Shown here: positions 54,001 through 62,678 of the stretch, piece by piece | How positions within the stretch are numbered: the first letter of the stretch is position 1 | How the letters are laid out: each line of letters starts with the position of its first letter | IMG/VR virus record: IMGVR_UViG_3300040758_000113 | Origin: a virus | Length of the DNA: 64,000 bases | Direction: 5' to 3' (one strand) | The notes under the pieces: generated by a model | Told to the model about the DNA's origin: nothing | What the model saw: only the letters and a program-made list of their open reading frames with translations | Databases searched by the model: none | Made by a program: the position numbers and the translations under genes

Positions 54001-55104
54001 GTAATCGAAGAGGAGGTCTCGAACGTCAGACCACATGGTGAAGGTTCCGTCATCATCCACGGCGACCACCGCACCGCCCACCTCATAAAACTTGCCACCA
54101 TTGTAGGCGAGCGCCATCTCCGCTCCATGCTGAGCGAGGATGGCTTCCACTTTTGGCAAGTCACCCTCCACCTCATAGAGGGCGTTTTCCAAAGTGTTGT
54201 ATCCTGCGTATCCCCGCTTGCTGACAAAGAATGCTTTCTTGAGAGCGGCGGTGAACTCTGCCCTCTGTGGGTCGTATTGTTGTGCAATTGCTGACTTAAT
54301 TTGGTTAGGCTCGAAGGCTATCCAAGCAACTCCACCTTCCACCAGATTCTTGTAACGGATACCGTCGTGCCCTGCGGCTTGCAGCTTTGCTCTTGCTTGC
54401 ATGGCGAGGTCATAGGCAGCATCTTTGAGCATCTCCTCTTCCCCCTCTTCGGGGTGCATACGCTCGAACAGCCACTCATTCTGTCCCTGCCGGAAAGCTG
54501 TATCGGTATCGTACTCTCGATACCACTCATCGGCTTTCTGTGGGGAACCCTCCTCATCCTCCGGGCTTATGCCATCGGCTATCATGGCGGACTGCAAAAG
54601 CTCCTCTTCATACCCACCTATCTTCCCCTGATAGATGAACTGGAGCATGTTCTTCTCGCTGCCAAAGTCTTTGGGGTTGGTGATACGGAGATACACGGGA
54701 ATGACACGGGGTTTTTCTTCATTGCCCTCATACCGGGTCTGAGTCCACCCCTTGCCCATGGCGAACATATCAGCGACCTTGGGGTCCACGGCGAAATGTG
54801 CTCCCATGAAAGCGCTGGGGTCCCAGCCGCTACCGGAGGACAGCGGCTCGCCTGTCTCCGTGGTCACAACGCCGTCTGTGCTGAACTCCTCGAAGTCCAC
54901 CGATGACCGGGCGCCGAAGGCCCGGAGCGGTCGGCCTTGCTGGTCCACCACTTTGGACCCGGCAAACCAACGCCGGAAATTGGGGGACTCCACACCGGCT
55001 CCTATTTTTGGTGAGGCAGTTTTTCTGGGCCGAGTAATCTGGTGCGCTACCCGAGCCAACTCCTCATCCGTTATGGAGTTAGCATCCTTTTCGAGTAAGT
55101 CCAT
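51067..55104 (-). CDS. giant multidomain protein (1345 aa) with three hhYHGT ART/Tpt1-fold domains, Zn-ribbon and shared GPEFDRIPRG module
   Basis: STLYHGTDEDKVETILQQGLLP; ILYHGTTEDF...WFSTSESVAEYF; PLYHGTSAYR; CPRCG...CMDCKG. Confidence 0.8.
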   Translation of the reverse strand: MDLLEKDANSITDEELARVAHQITRPRKTASPKIGAGVESPNFRRWFAGSKVVDQQGRPLRAFGARSSVDFEEFSTDGVVTTETGEPLSSGSGWDPSAFMGAHFAVDPKVADMFAMGKGWTQTRYEGNEEKPRVIPVYLRITNPKDFGSEKNMLQFIYQGKIGGYEEELLQSAMIADGISPEDEEGSPQKADEWYREYDTDTAFRQGQNEWLFERMHPEEGEEEMLKDAAYDLAMQARAKLQAAGHDGIRYKNLVEGGVAWIAFEPNQIKSAIAQQYDPQRAEFTAALKKAFFVSKRGYAGYNTLENALYEVEGDLPKVEAILAQHGAEMALAYNGGKFYEVGGAVVAVDDDGTFTMWSDVRDLLFDYNAEKFLPDSEEKFNKEFWAYPSTLYHGTDEDKVETILQQGLLPMDETRGLSNRSTGAAVFTSTDWDESGYYDTVLEIDTEAMKRELPPSSLPFAGKETDIAEGETREYLAHVLGDDDYHYDYEQGMSPNTVILHGAVPPKYIKVAKPGEIGCTVIRKSTGEKGTLLDIRDIMETNDAGEDVRQKYHGGNKRFLTVKWSRSGMDYGVYDSDVTYAQPKTAARQVPEPADWEDWQYASGGRWRSQFYIKAPETKKGYIPYTAVMQSWTDAEPGLPTFGNKAVSFLFLNADANLLGAYGTTNTGHVAEVFTKVGGLVMSALHDLRPPAMYFSAEGVGRAALYARMARLGASASGYIPYVVDQGTVTYFALVSPAVDADYRYWGKDVIQPLMTAKTAKTASEWGGFCPRCGSDQTAWAMHSATTDTYFCMDCKGSTDIERDMHPDLRSAMKIAGLVGYPWAIWEGKVLLSPRGMAHTDWFSRMGIPDRGPEFDRIPRGNFYIDKAKRQIYVWTDAETYDYSKNPSEESLDDTVVFGPWGGRRFDLEFTPPEVIEAIKRKYPYTEAYEVVDWMPPGSVHKWSSGEWWRRWRKTYLISKGTILYHGTTEDFPAMDIQTPAWFSTSESVAEYFKAWHGGEEGEQRILKFQVTKPIRLPRIDGSEDLERLADMFNFPSPLSGHDYVEDLAQVLPGWIIPHNYPDGDDILLVSDRDIIPINEPEEEEEEISQEGLPPGAWRNNSGLPGYWTREGTTTIYHMTPEEIAEREQRLQKRSAAEPVKAEEATWSRPLYHGTSAYRAKKIKAQKSFYGETEGYNEMGVGVYTHPSMNRTSPWAAGRAQGAFMELHFTRPLKLAVKNPQGEWVSSMGGESHRFISKAPTQRELVDAGYDGIYDKHGTTQVPHQVLLFNQPVLGSGGAHKLNQLIDWDKVRIINFNESQHGYLKGLENTEEAPHYRGASQMTAADDRPMPKEFVTTKNLKTNI

Positions 55105-58100
55105 ATTTCCTCGGGTTCTTCAAGATGTACTGTGTCACTTCTGCCACATCTTTCTCATTGCCGTACAAGGGACGCTCGCCTTCTCCAGATTCGGGTATCT
55201 CCCCCATAAACTGGTTCATGAAGTCGTCGGGTTGATAAGGACCTCCATCCAAGCTCACCTCGGGGTTCGCCGGGTCCATGTCAAAATCCTTCGCCATGAC
55301 CGCTGGTGACCGCTGACCCTTGATGTCGTAGGTCTTTCCGTCCGGTGCCATGCAGTAGACGTGGGTCATGTTCCAGTCCACCAAATTGCCGCTATCTTCA
55401 AGCTCTGCAATCTGTTCTGGACTCATCTCCCCAATATTATGCCATGGGTCGCCTTCGGGGTCGGACATAAAGTACACGACACCTCGATTCAATCGGGCCA
55501 ATGCCACAGCAAATATACCGCACCCCTCGGTCATGTAATAGCCGGGGTCAAACGCACTGGAATCATCCCCGTGTCCAGGCTGGAGGAGTCCGAGGCCGGG
55601 GAGAGCGGCGGTCTTGGAAGCCACGCTCAGGTAGGCCATGTTTTGGGGCATCGGCTCATTACCCCAAAAAACCTCTTGAGCTTCTTGCAAAGTCCACAGG
55701 TAATACATCTCATCTTGGGTTGAAACTGAGACCTTACGAACGCCTCTCGGCAGATTCTCCAAGCCCATACCTATCAGGTTCTTGGTATCGGCATCAAGAG
55801 TCTTTGACTCAAAGAAGATGGTGTTGCCGGTGTTAGAGAATCCAACCCGAATGTTCCCCTTGGCAATGACCTGCTCTTTCCGCTGGGTGTCGTTCTTTAT
55901 CTTCTTGGCTTCTTCCTTGGTTAAAAACCCGAGGCGCAGGGCGCTGTCTTCGTGCTTTTCACCGAAAGCGTTGGGGAGGAAACGACCATCGGGGGTCAGC
56001 CATCCCTCACCTTCAACGGAGAAGGAAGCGGTCTTGGTTGTAGCCTCCCACAAAGTTTTCATGGGATTGGGGAGACCCAACTCCTCCCGGTAATCATACT
56101 GCCCGGCGTGCGGTCCACCTTTTACATGGATGATGAAGTCCACCATCCGACCTTCCACCTGTTGGTACTTGTCCCAAAGTGGTTGGTCTCTTTCCACCAT
56201 ATCCCATGCGGGAGTGCCCTTGGGGAAATCAATGACCACATCAATGTCAGACTTGGGTTTGAGTTCGTCACGAGCGGCGGAGCCTGCCAAGGAGATGCGC
56301 TGGCACTCAGGGTATATCTTGCGTATATCCGCTACCATCTCAGCGATAGTGGATTGAGTCTCGGGCTTGAGCGGCTCTCCGCCCGGCTCCGTGCTCCACG
56401 CCTCCTTGGGAATAAGGGGGGCATTCCTACCCTTATTGAACTCCTTGTTTAACTCTTTTGCCTCCTCCACGCCGCCGTATTGCTCCCACCGCTCATATTC
56501 ATTCATGCCGGTGAAGAGCCGATTCAAGGTGGTCCTTCCGCCTTGCACCAGCCAGCTTGACAGGTCGCTGCGGGGGTGGGAAAACTGCAAGACCTTATCA
56601 AGCGCTTGTAACTTGTCTTCATCACTCTTGGCAAGGTACACCCCTTGCACGAGATTCATCAAACGCCCCTCAGCTTGGTCACTTATCCTCCAGCCGCCTT
56701 CCGGGGTATCAAAGTAGTCTGGTGCCCTCTTAAAGTAGTCCTCCGGGAATTTCTTGGATATACCTTCCCTTTCCAGCATCTCCAAAGCATACTCTTCTGG
56801 CCCCATCGCACTATGACCGCAGAGGATGGAATTGACGTAAATCTTAAAGCAGTTGTCAATGACGGTTTCCGCTATCTGATTAAGACCCGCTGAGTCCCGG
56901 ACAAACCCCGTCTTCATGTAGTCTTCCCAAATTTTGATGAGCCGGGCGGCGGGCACGACATTCCACTGCTGACGATACCTCTTCTGGCGGACGTGCTGCA
57001 TGTATTCGGTGATTACTTCTACGGCTACCACGCTCTCCCGGTCAAAGAACGCCTCTGCCGCATCGTAGTAAGCATCGTCACTGGCAACTTTTTTGAAGGC
57101 TACAATACCCGTGTCGGAGCTTTCCGTATCAACGAATATAAACTCCTTCAGATTGTACCGATTCTTGATGTATTCCACTACGTCATTGGGCGTGTATCCC
57201 CCGGCGTTCTTGACGAGGTGAACGACTCTGTGCCCTCGGTCTACAATCGCTACCCCTCGTTCTATTCGGTCGTAGGAAGGACCGGAGAACGGTAGGCTCA
57301 GTTCTTCCAACCACTGGGCATGGCTCTTGCCCCCAACCTGTACGGTGGTGTAAAGCTTTCCCTCATGACGAACCCACATGATGACTGTCTTTTTAATAGC
57401 AGCGTCCTTGAAACCAAACCCGTCATCTTCATCATAGACTTCGGGGAGGTCTTCCTCCGTCAATTCCTTCACGTACCGGAAATCCTTACCCTCCACCAAC
57501 TGAGTGCGAGGAGTGATGAGAATGGCGCTATATGCTTTGTCTCCACCGCTAGGGTCCATGGCATACTGCACATCATCACACAGATAGTCATCTTCGGTGG
57601 GATATATCTCCACCACCCACGCCTTGGAGTCACGGCTGTAATCTTCTGTCAGCCGACTGAACCAATAGTCGGGGTCACCCACATGGACGGCCCGTAGATG
57701 TGGGTAGTCGTTTGCGGAGCCTGCCAAGCCCACGGTGTCCAACATGTGAGTCTTGAGGACCGGCTGGCGCTCCCACACCACCCGCTCGAAGTTCCCCATC
57801 TCCTCCGCCAAGGAGATAAGCTCGTGCTCGTATTCCAGTTTCTTTACTTCCTCGGTGTAGGCCGGGGATAGAGAGGCGGTCAGGGGGTGCTCATTGTGGG
57901 GATTCTGAACTTGGTCGTCCTCGTAGAAATCATTATGCCGGTCCGGGAACGGCTCGTCATATGACCATCCCTGCTGACCGGATATCCCGAGGTCATCTAT
58001 GGCTTTTCCAGTGGGTAGAGCCGCCTGCTTGGGGAGCGATATAGTCTTGATGAGCTTGATATTTTGTGGAGGAATATCCCAGAGATACTTCCACGCCGTG

Positions 58101-59764
58101 GGGTATTCGTGCCGAACCTCGAAGTCCGGCCAAAACGTTCCTTCCCCTTGTGGGACTTTCACTTCCCAGATGTCACAAGCTTGTCCTGTGTAGGGCTGCT
58201 GCTCACCTACCCAGTTCTCGGCATCAGTGAGGCTACCGAACAAATACACCGCTGGCTCGTGCTCCACATCCTCATACTGCTGCTTGTGGTACATCTGCAA
58301 TCCATTTTTTAGAATGGAGTTCCGGCTACGGCGACGGCTGACATGGTAGGCAATCTGAGGGTATTCAAACTCATCGGCTGCCCATTTGCCCATTATCCGA
58401 GGAGCAACCTCATCTACAAACTCAAAGTCCCGGAGTGAGGGATACTTCTGCTTTATCTTGGCTACTACTTCCTCGGGGGTAAAGTCAAAGTCAACCTCTC
58501 CTGTAATGGATTCACCTGCTCTTGACCCCTTGGGTGCGGCATCGGTGTACAGCCGGACTCGCTTCTTCTTCTTATTGACTTCCGCCCTTCCCCGAGGAAC
58601 TTTATCAAACTCCGGTCCCCATGAAGGAATGGGGTCATGCCGTTGAGAATGCTGATTGAGTTCTTGAAACCATTTAACATGCCAGAGACCCATGTCATCG
58701 GTCAACAGCACTTTGTTATGCCAAGTTGCCCACAGTAACTCAAAATCGCAAGGCTCATAAGCGACTACGGGAATGCCCTTACCCCGGAAGGGAAGTTTAC
58801 CCTGCTCCTTGGGCGGCTTCCACTCGGGTTCTGCTGGGGCGTGGAACTGGTTATAGAACTCCAACAGGTCTTCATCAGAGTGAAGGTCCAGAACGTTCTG
58901 ATATGTGCGGTCCAGCTTGATAGCCTCTTTAACTGGCATGACCGCCGCTACCTTAACCGCCTGCGGGTTCTCCACCCAAAACTCATTGCCGAATCCCCGG
59001 CTTACCTGATGGTAGGATTCCCTCGGCACTTCCGACATGTCAATGACGGCGACATACGCCCGGTCGCTTTCGTAGTAATCCGTCCAATTCTCCAAGTGAG
59101 AAGTAACCATCAACTTTCCCGGCACAGGTGTCCCGCCTCCCATGCTGGACATATCCCGAGGACCCTTCGCCGGGTCGATAGTGAAGTTGGGGTTGTCGGT
59201 GACATGGAAATACAGTCCATGCTTAATGTCTATGGAGAAGTCATGCTTGAAGTCCTCGAAGGTAGGAGCCTTGCGTGTTTCCGCCTTAAGCCCATTCAAC
59301 AGGGGATGAGACCACCTTGTCTGTGTGGACGCCGTTTTATCCAATAAGGGATACCTCTGGATAAACTCCTCAGCCCATCTCCTCACCCTCGGCATACAAG
59401 ACGCCATTGATTCCCTATGCTTGGGGTTATTGAAAAATTCACTATCGTGAAGATAACTAACCTCTCCCGAAAACCCCTCAGCAAGGTCGAGAGGCTTACC
59501 ATCTGGAGTGATGTTGTACTGATGCCCCCAGTTTCCTTGAATGTCAAGCCCGAAAATCGTCTTTCCGAACAGAGAGATAAATTTGCAGGCACCCGACATA
59601 TCCGTAGGGTTGGATTTACCTAACTCTTGGGCACGCTCTTTCCACTTCTCGGCTAAGAACACCTTCGCCTTTGAAACCCACTCGGGAGTAACTGGGTATA
59701 TGGTTAGATTATCAGGCATAGTCTGTAACCTTTTCGGGGTCGGACGTATCCTCGTCGGGGTCAC
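55079..59764 (-). CDS. giant multidomain protein (1561 aa) with MNT-type nucleotidyltransferase domain, ART-like domain and two copies of shared module
   Basis: RISLAGSAARDELKPKSDIDVVIDF; IAYHVSRRRSRNSILKNGL; WGPEFDKVPRGR and FSGPSYDRIERG modules; GTG start after GAGGGGGG. Confidence 0.8.
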   Translation of the reverse strand: MTPTRIRPTPKRLQTMPDNLTIYPVTPEWVSKAKVFLAEKWKERAQELGKSNPTDMSGACKFISLFGKTIFGLDIQGNWGHQYNITPDGKPLDLAEGFSGEVSYLHDSEFFNNPKHRESMASCMPRVRRWAEEFIQRYPLLDKTASTQTRWSHPLLNGLKAETRKAPTFEDFKHDFSIDIKHGLYFHVTDNPNFTIDPAKGPRDMSSMGGGTPVPGKLMVTSHLENWTDYYESDRAYVAVIDMSEVPRESYHQVSRGFGNEFWVENPQAVKVAAVMPVKEAIKLDRTYQNVLDLHSDEDLLEFYNQFHAPAEPEWKPPKEQGKLPFRGKGIPVVAYEPCDFELLWATWHNKVLLTDDMGLWHVKWFQELNQHSQRHDPIPSWGPEFDKVPRGRAEVNKKKKRVRLYTDAAPKGSRAGESITGEVDFDFTPEEVVAKIKQKYPSLRDFEFVDEVAPRIMGKWAADEFEYPQIAYHVSRRRSRNSILKNGLQMYHKQQYEDVEHEPAVYLFGSLTDAENWVGEQQPYTGQACDIWEVKVPQGEGTFWPDFEVRHEYPTAWKYLWDIPPQNIKLIKTISLPKQAALPTGKAIDDLGISGQQGWSYDEPFPDRHNDFYEDDQVQNPHNEHPLTASLSPAYTEEVKKLEYEHELISLAEEMGNFERVVWERQPVLKTHMLDTVGLAGSANDYPHLRAVHVGDPDYWFSRLTEDYSRDSKAWVVEIYPTEDDYLCDDVQYAMDPSGGDKAYSAILITPRTQLVEGKDFRYVKELTEEDLPEVYDEDDGFGFKDAAIKKTVIMWVRHEGKLYTTVQVGGKSHAQWLEELSLPFSGPSYDRIERGVAIVDRGHRVVHLVKNAGGYTPNDVVEYIKNRYNLKEFIFVDTESSDTGIVAFKKVASDDAYYDAAEAFFDRESVVAVEVITEYMQHVRQKRYRQQWNVVPAARLIKIWEDYMKTGFVRDSAGLNQIAETVIDNCFKIYVNSILCGHSAMGPEEYALEMLEREGISKKFPEDYFKRAPDYFDTPEGGWRISDQAEGRLMNLVQGVYLAKSDEDKLQALDKVLQFSHPRSDLSSWLVQGGRTTLNRLFTGMNEYERWEQYGGVEEAKELNKEFNKGRNAPLIPKEAWSTEPGGEPLKPETQSTIAEMVADIRKIYPECQRISLAGSAARDELKPKSDIDVVIDFPKGTPAWDMVERDQPLWDKYQQVEGRMVDFIIHVKGGPHAGQYDYREELGLPNPMKTLWEATTKTASFSVEGEGWLTPDGRFLPNAFGEKHEDSALRLGFLTKEEAKKIKNDTQRKEQVIAKGNIRVGFSNTGNTIFFESKTLDADTKNLIGMGLENLPRGVRKVSVSTQDEMYYLWTLQEAQEVFWGNEPMPQNMAYLSVASKTAALPGLGLLQPGHGDDSSAFDPGYYMTEGCGIFAVALARLNRGVVYFMSDPEGDPWHNIGEMSPEQIAELEDSGNLVDWNMTHVYCMAPDGKTYDIKGQRSPAVMAKDFDMDPANPEVSLDGGPYQPDDFMNQFMGEIPESGEGERPLYGNEKDVAEVTQYILKNPRKYGLTRKGC

Positions 59765-59772
59765 CCCCCTCT

Positions 59773-61197
59773 CTACTTAGCTTGTTTGCTATCCCATTTC
59801 AGGTACGCACGGTCATCTTCTCCTATTCCGGCCAATAAAATGTGGGCTGTCTTAGATGCGAGACTTCCCCCTCTTTTATGTACAGAGGAGGTTACCACAA
59901 GATTTGAAGGGATATCGTCAACGATGTTAAAGTCTCGAAGCTGAGGGAAGGTCTGCAACATAGCCTTTACAACATGCTCCGGGGCGAAGGTGAAATCCGC
60001 CTGCCCCGTGATACCACCACTTCCTGCCTCGGTAAAAATTACGACCTCATCACGGGCCGATTGAACCCAGATTCTCCCTCGGGGGATACGGTCGAACGCC
60101 GGGCCGGAATCGGAAAGTCCAACTCGTTTAAACCAGATAACGTGGGGTTCAATCTCCAAGGAAAAAATCACCCGGTCATTCACGATAGCCCACAGAAAGC
60201 TTCGTGTACCGTCTATGATGTCGGGGGGGAGTCGCAACTTTTTAGCGGCAGCCTTGTAAAGCTGCATCGGACCTACTGCTCCCTTTACTCGTGCCCCATG
60301 TCCGATTGCCAAGCTTTCAGCGAGGCTGTTCCCCACTTCCTTACCCACTGACCGCTGATTGGCAAGCTGGTCAGTATCCGGCAGTAATCGCCGGGCGGTG
60401 ACATTGACAGCGTAGACAGTGATATCCTCTCCGGGGTAAGCCAGTTCTCCAAAGTTCTTGGCGTTCCCCGGATATACGGAGAGATACACGTAACCGGGAC
60501 TGGATTGATACGATTTAGCCCTGCTGGGACTGGTCGGAAGCAACCCCTCCTCCATCACTGGCAAATCAGAGGCGGTACCGTGATAAAGGGTAATGAAGCG
60601 GTTGGGGTCGGAGCGAAGGAAGCTGGCAAGGGCCTTTATGCGCTCTGGCGAGGGATTTCCGTAGAACACGTCGTGCCACTGGGGGTCGGAAGAGAAGTCG
60701 GTTGCCTCTGCCCAAGCGGCAGTCTTTATCCCTCCCGTAGCTATAGCGAAAGCACGGTCTGCCATACGCTTGGCAAAAAGCTCTTCGGGGTCAGAGAGAT
60801 ATTCTTTCTCGGTGGGGGGATGAGCGGGGTCAAACGGTTTAGATGGTCGCCCCTCCGCTGCCCAAATAGCGTGAGCGCCTTCCTCAAACAGAGTTTTGAC
60901 AATGTTGGTGGTGCTGATGGCGGGGTTGATAAATATCATCGAACCACCGTGGGAAACCCCGTATCCACCTTGCCACTTTAAGGGGGAACCACCCTCCAAC
61001 TCCACCTCTTCCGGTTTATTGAAGGTCTTGATGGGGGTTTCAAGTACTTTCTCATATATTTCCCTAAGTCGTTGATTCCTAAGTAAAGTACTGAGATGAC
61101 CCACAACCACTCCGGGGGCATGGTTGTGTATCTTCTCAAGGAATCCCCGGTCAAGGTTATCCCAAACTCCCGCCGTCTTGTAGATAAGCTCTTCCAT
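59773..61197 (-). CDS. 474-aa protein with Tpt1/KptA-like ART-fold domain and shared module
   Basis: ITLYHGTASDLPVMEEGLLP (cf. KptA LYHGTASRFLDEIKKQGL as remembered); SGPAFDRIPRGR ... DFTFAPEHVVKAMLQTFPQLRDF. Confidence 0.75.
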   Translation of the reverse strand: MEELIYKTAGVWDNLDRGFLEKIHNHAPGVVVGHLSTLLRNQRLREIYEKVLETPIKTFNKPEEVELEGGSPLKWQGGYGVSHGGSMIFINPAISTTNIVKTLFEEGAHAIWAAEGRPSKPFDPAHPPTEKEYLSDPEELFAKRMADRAFAIATGGIKTAAWAEATDFSSDPQWHDVFYGNPSPERIKALASFLRSDPNRFITLYHGTASDLPVMEEGLLPTSPSRAKSYQSSPGYVYLSVYPGNAKNFGELAYPGEDITVYAVNVTARRLLPDTDQLANQRSVGKEVGNSLAESLAIGHGARVKGAVGPMQLYKAAAKKLRLPPDIIDGTRSFLWAIVNDRVIFSLEIEPHVIWFKRVGLSDSGPAFDRIPRGRIWVQSARDEVVIFTEAGSGGITGQADFTFAPEHVVKAMLQTFPQLRDFNIVDDIPSNLVVTSSVHKRGGSLASKTAHILLAGIGEDDRAYLKWDSKQAK

Positions 61198-61213
61198 GTG
61201 CCTATTAAAGAGT

Positions 61214-61921
61214 TTAAGAGTCTAGTGGTAGTGCTTCAACAAACTTCTGTCCCGTACCTCGGCTTTGATTTTTAGCTAGATTACTCATTTTGGCACGGTA
61301 TTCGGGGTTTGTCCATCGCTCTCTTTGAAGTGCTGCTTGTTTTTTCCTTCTCTCTGGGTCAGACCATGTTTTCTTATTAACCGTGCTCATTTTACTGTGA
61401 AAATCAAGATTTTCAAAAGCCTTCATACGATTAGAACGAGAATAAGGGTCCGCCCATGAATCCCTAATCGCTTGAACCCGATTAGAAAAAGACTCAGGTT
61501 TAGCCCAGTCAGCTTTGAGATTTGCCGATTGCTTGGCTCTTTTTTCGGGGTTAGCCCAAGCTCGTTTAACCCCTTCACTCATTTTAGCACAAGTTTGAGA
61601 AGAATGCAGTCCGGTAAACCCCTCCCCTCCACGACAAAGATTGTAGCCATACTCAGGGTCTTGAGCACGAAGGAACTTGATGAAGTCCCGCTCGGTCTCA
61701 TCAAGCTCGGCTTTAGCTTGGATATCGGAACGGAGGGCGTGGATGGACCAAAGATGAGGAAAGGGGTGTTTACGCATGGAATTATAAAGACGAGAATTTC
61801 CCCCTCGTCCGTGTCTGGCATCTGAAAATTTTTGTTGAAGGTACTTCTTTAGATTATTACCTGTATGTTGACCGACATAATACTTTCCTGTTTCATGATT
61901 TACAATCAAATAGATAAACAT
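61214..61921 (-). CDS. GIY-YIG homing endonuclease (paralog of 24675..25523)
   Basis: MFIYLIVNHETGKYYVGQH; about 75% identity over N-terminal 100 aa with the other copy. Confidence 0.8.
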   Translation of the reverse strand: MFIYLIVNHETGKYYVGQHTGNNLKKYLQQKFSDARHGRGGNSRLYNSMRKHPFPHLWSIHALRSDIQAKAELDETERDFIKFLRAQDPEYGYNLCRGGEGFTGLHSSQTCAKMSEGVKRAWANPEKRAKQSANLKADWAKPESFSNRVQAIRDSWADPYSRSNRMKAFENLDFHSKMSTVNKKTWSDPERRKKQAALQRERWTNPEYRAKMSNLAKNQSRGTGQKFVEALPLDS

Positions 61922-61954
61922 GAACTTTCCCCCTATAAGTGCTTCAGAAAGTTC
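61922..61954. promoter_or_regulatory. hairpin GAACTTTC...GAAAGTTC with CCCTATAAG in loop upstream of GIY-YIG gene
   Basis: 8-bp perfect inverted repeat. Confidence 0.35.
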
Positions 61955-61964
61955 ATTTATTCTG

Positions 61965-62678
61965 TCATTGAATATTTTCTAGCCAATCTGCGGCATCCTG
62001 CGTGGAAATGAGGCTTTTAGACCAGTTTGGGCGGTCGTGTGGACCCATCTCCAAGGTCACTTCTCCCTTGAATGGCATCATCAACAGAGCCTCGGTGATG
62101 AGTCGGCGGCTCTTTGTGACATTTCGTGCCTGTATGGAAAACTGACCAGCATCCCGGTCAACCCGGAGGTGCCCATTCTCCATGGCAAGGTTCTCGGCAT
62201 ATCCGAGGTAATCCTCTCCCCCCTGCTCCTCCACCTCTGAATCATCCATGCCGCACAGGTCTTCCGCCATCGCCCACTCTCCGTGGAGTTCGTAGGGGTG
62301 AGTCATGGGGAGAGGTCGCCCGTCCCGAGATATCCAACCTCCATTTTGAGAAAGCCTAGACCAATCGGCGGAGCGTTCAGGCCACGGACCGGACGGTTGC
62401 AGAAGGGGATTTACTCTGCGCCGGGCAGCCTTCACCCGGAAGCCTCCCTTTATCTTCCCACCGTAGACTTGCTCTTCTTCATTAACGTGGGGAGTCTTGT
62501 ACAAAGATGAGTCGTAGCCATCAGGAGAGTAGTTAAATAAGAGGCTTTCTAACTCTTTTTTCTCCATTATATTGGGTGAATGAACAAACCACCGCTTTAT
62601 GGAAAGATTGTTATCAATAACATAACGAGCAGCGGTTAGTCCAAGACCGCCTGCCTCTGGTTGTGTTAAATCTCTCAT
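61965..62678 (-). CDS. hypothetical protein (237 aa)
   Basis: ORF. Confidence 0.6.
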   Translation of the reverse strand: MRDLTQPEAGGLGLTAARYVIDNNLSIKRWFVHSPNIMEKKELESLLFNYSPDGYDSSLYKTPHVNEEEQVYGGKIKGGFRVKAARRRVNPLLQPSGPWPERSADWSRLSQNGGWISRDGRPLPMTHPYELHGEWAMAEDLCGMDDSEVEEQGGEDYLGYAENLAMENGHLRVDRDAGQFSIQARNVTKSRRLITEALLMMPFKGEVTLEMGPHDRPNWSKSLISTQDAADWLENIQ

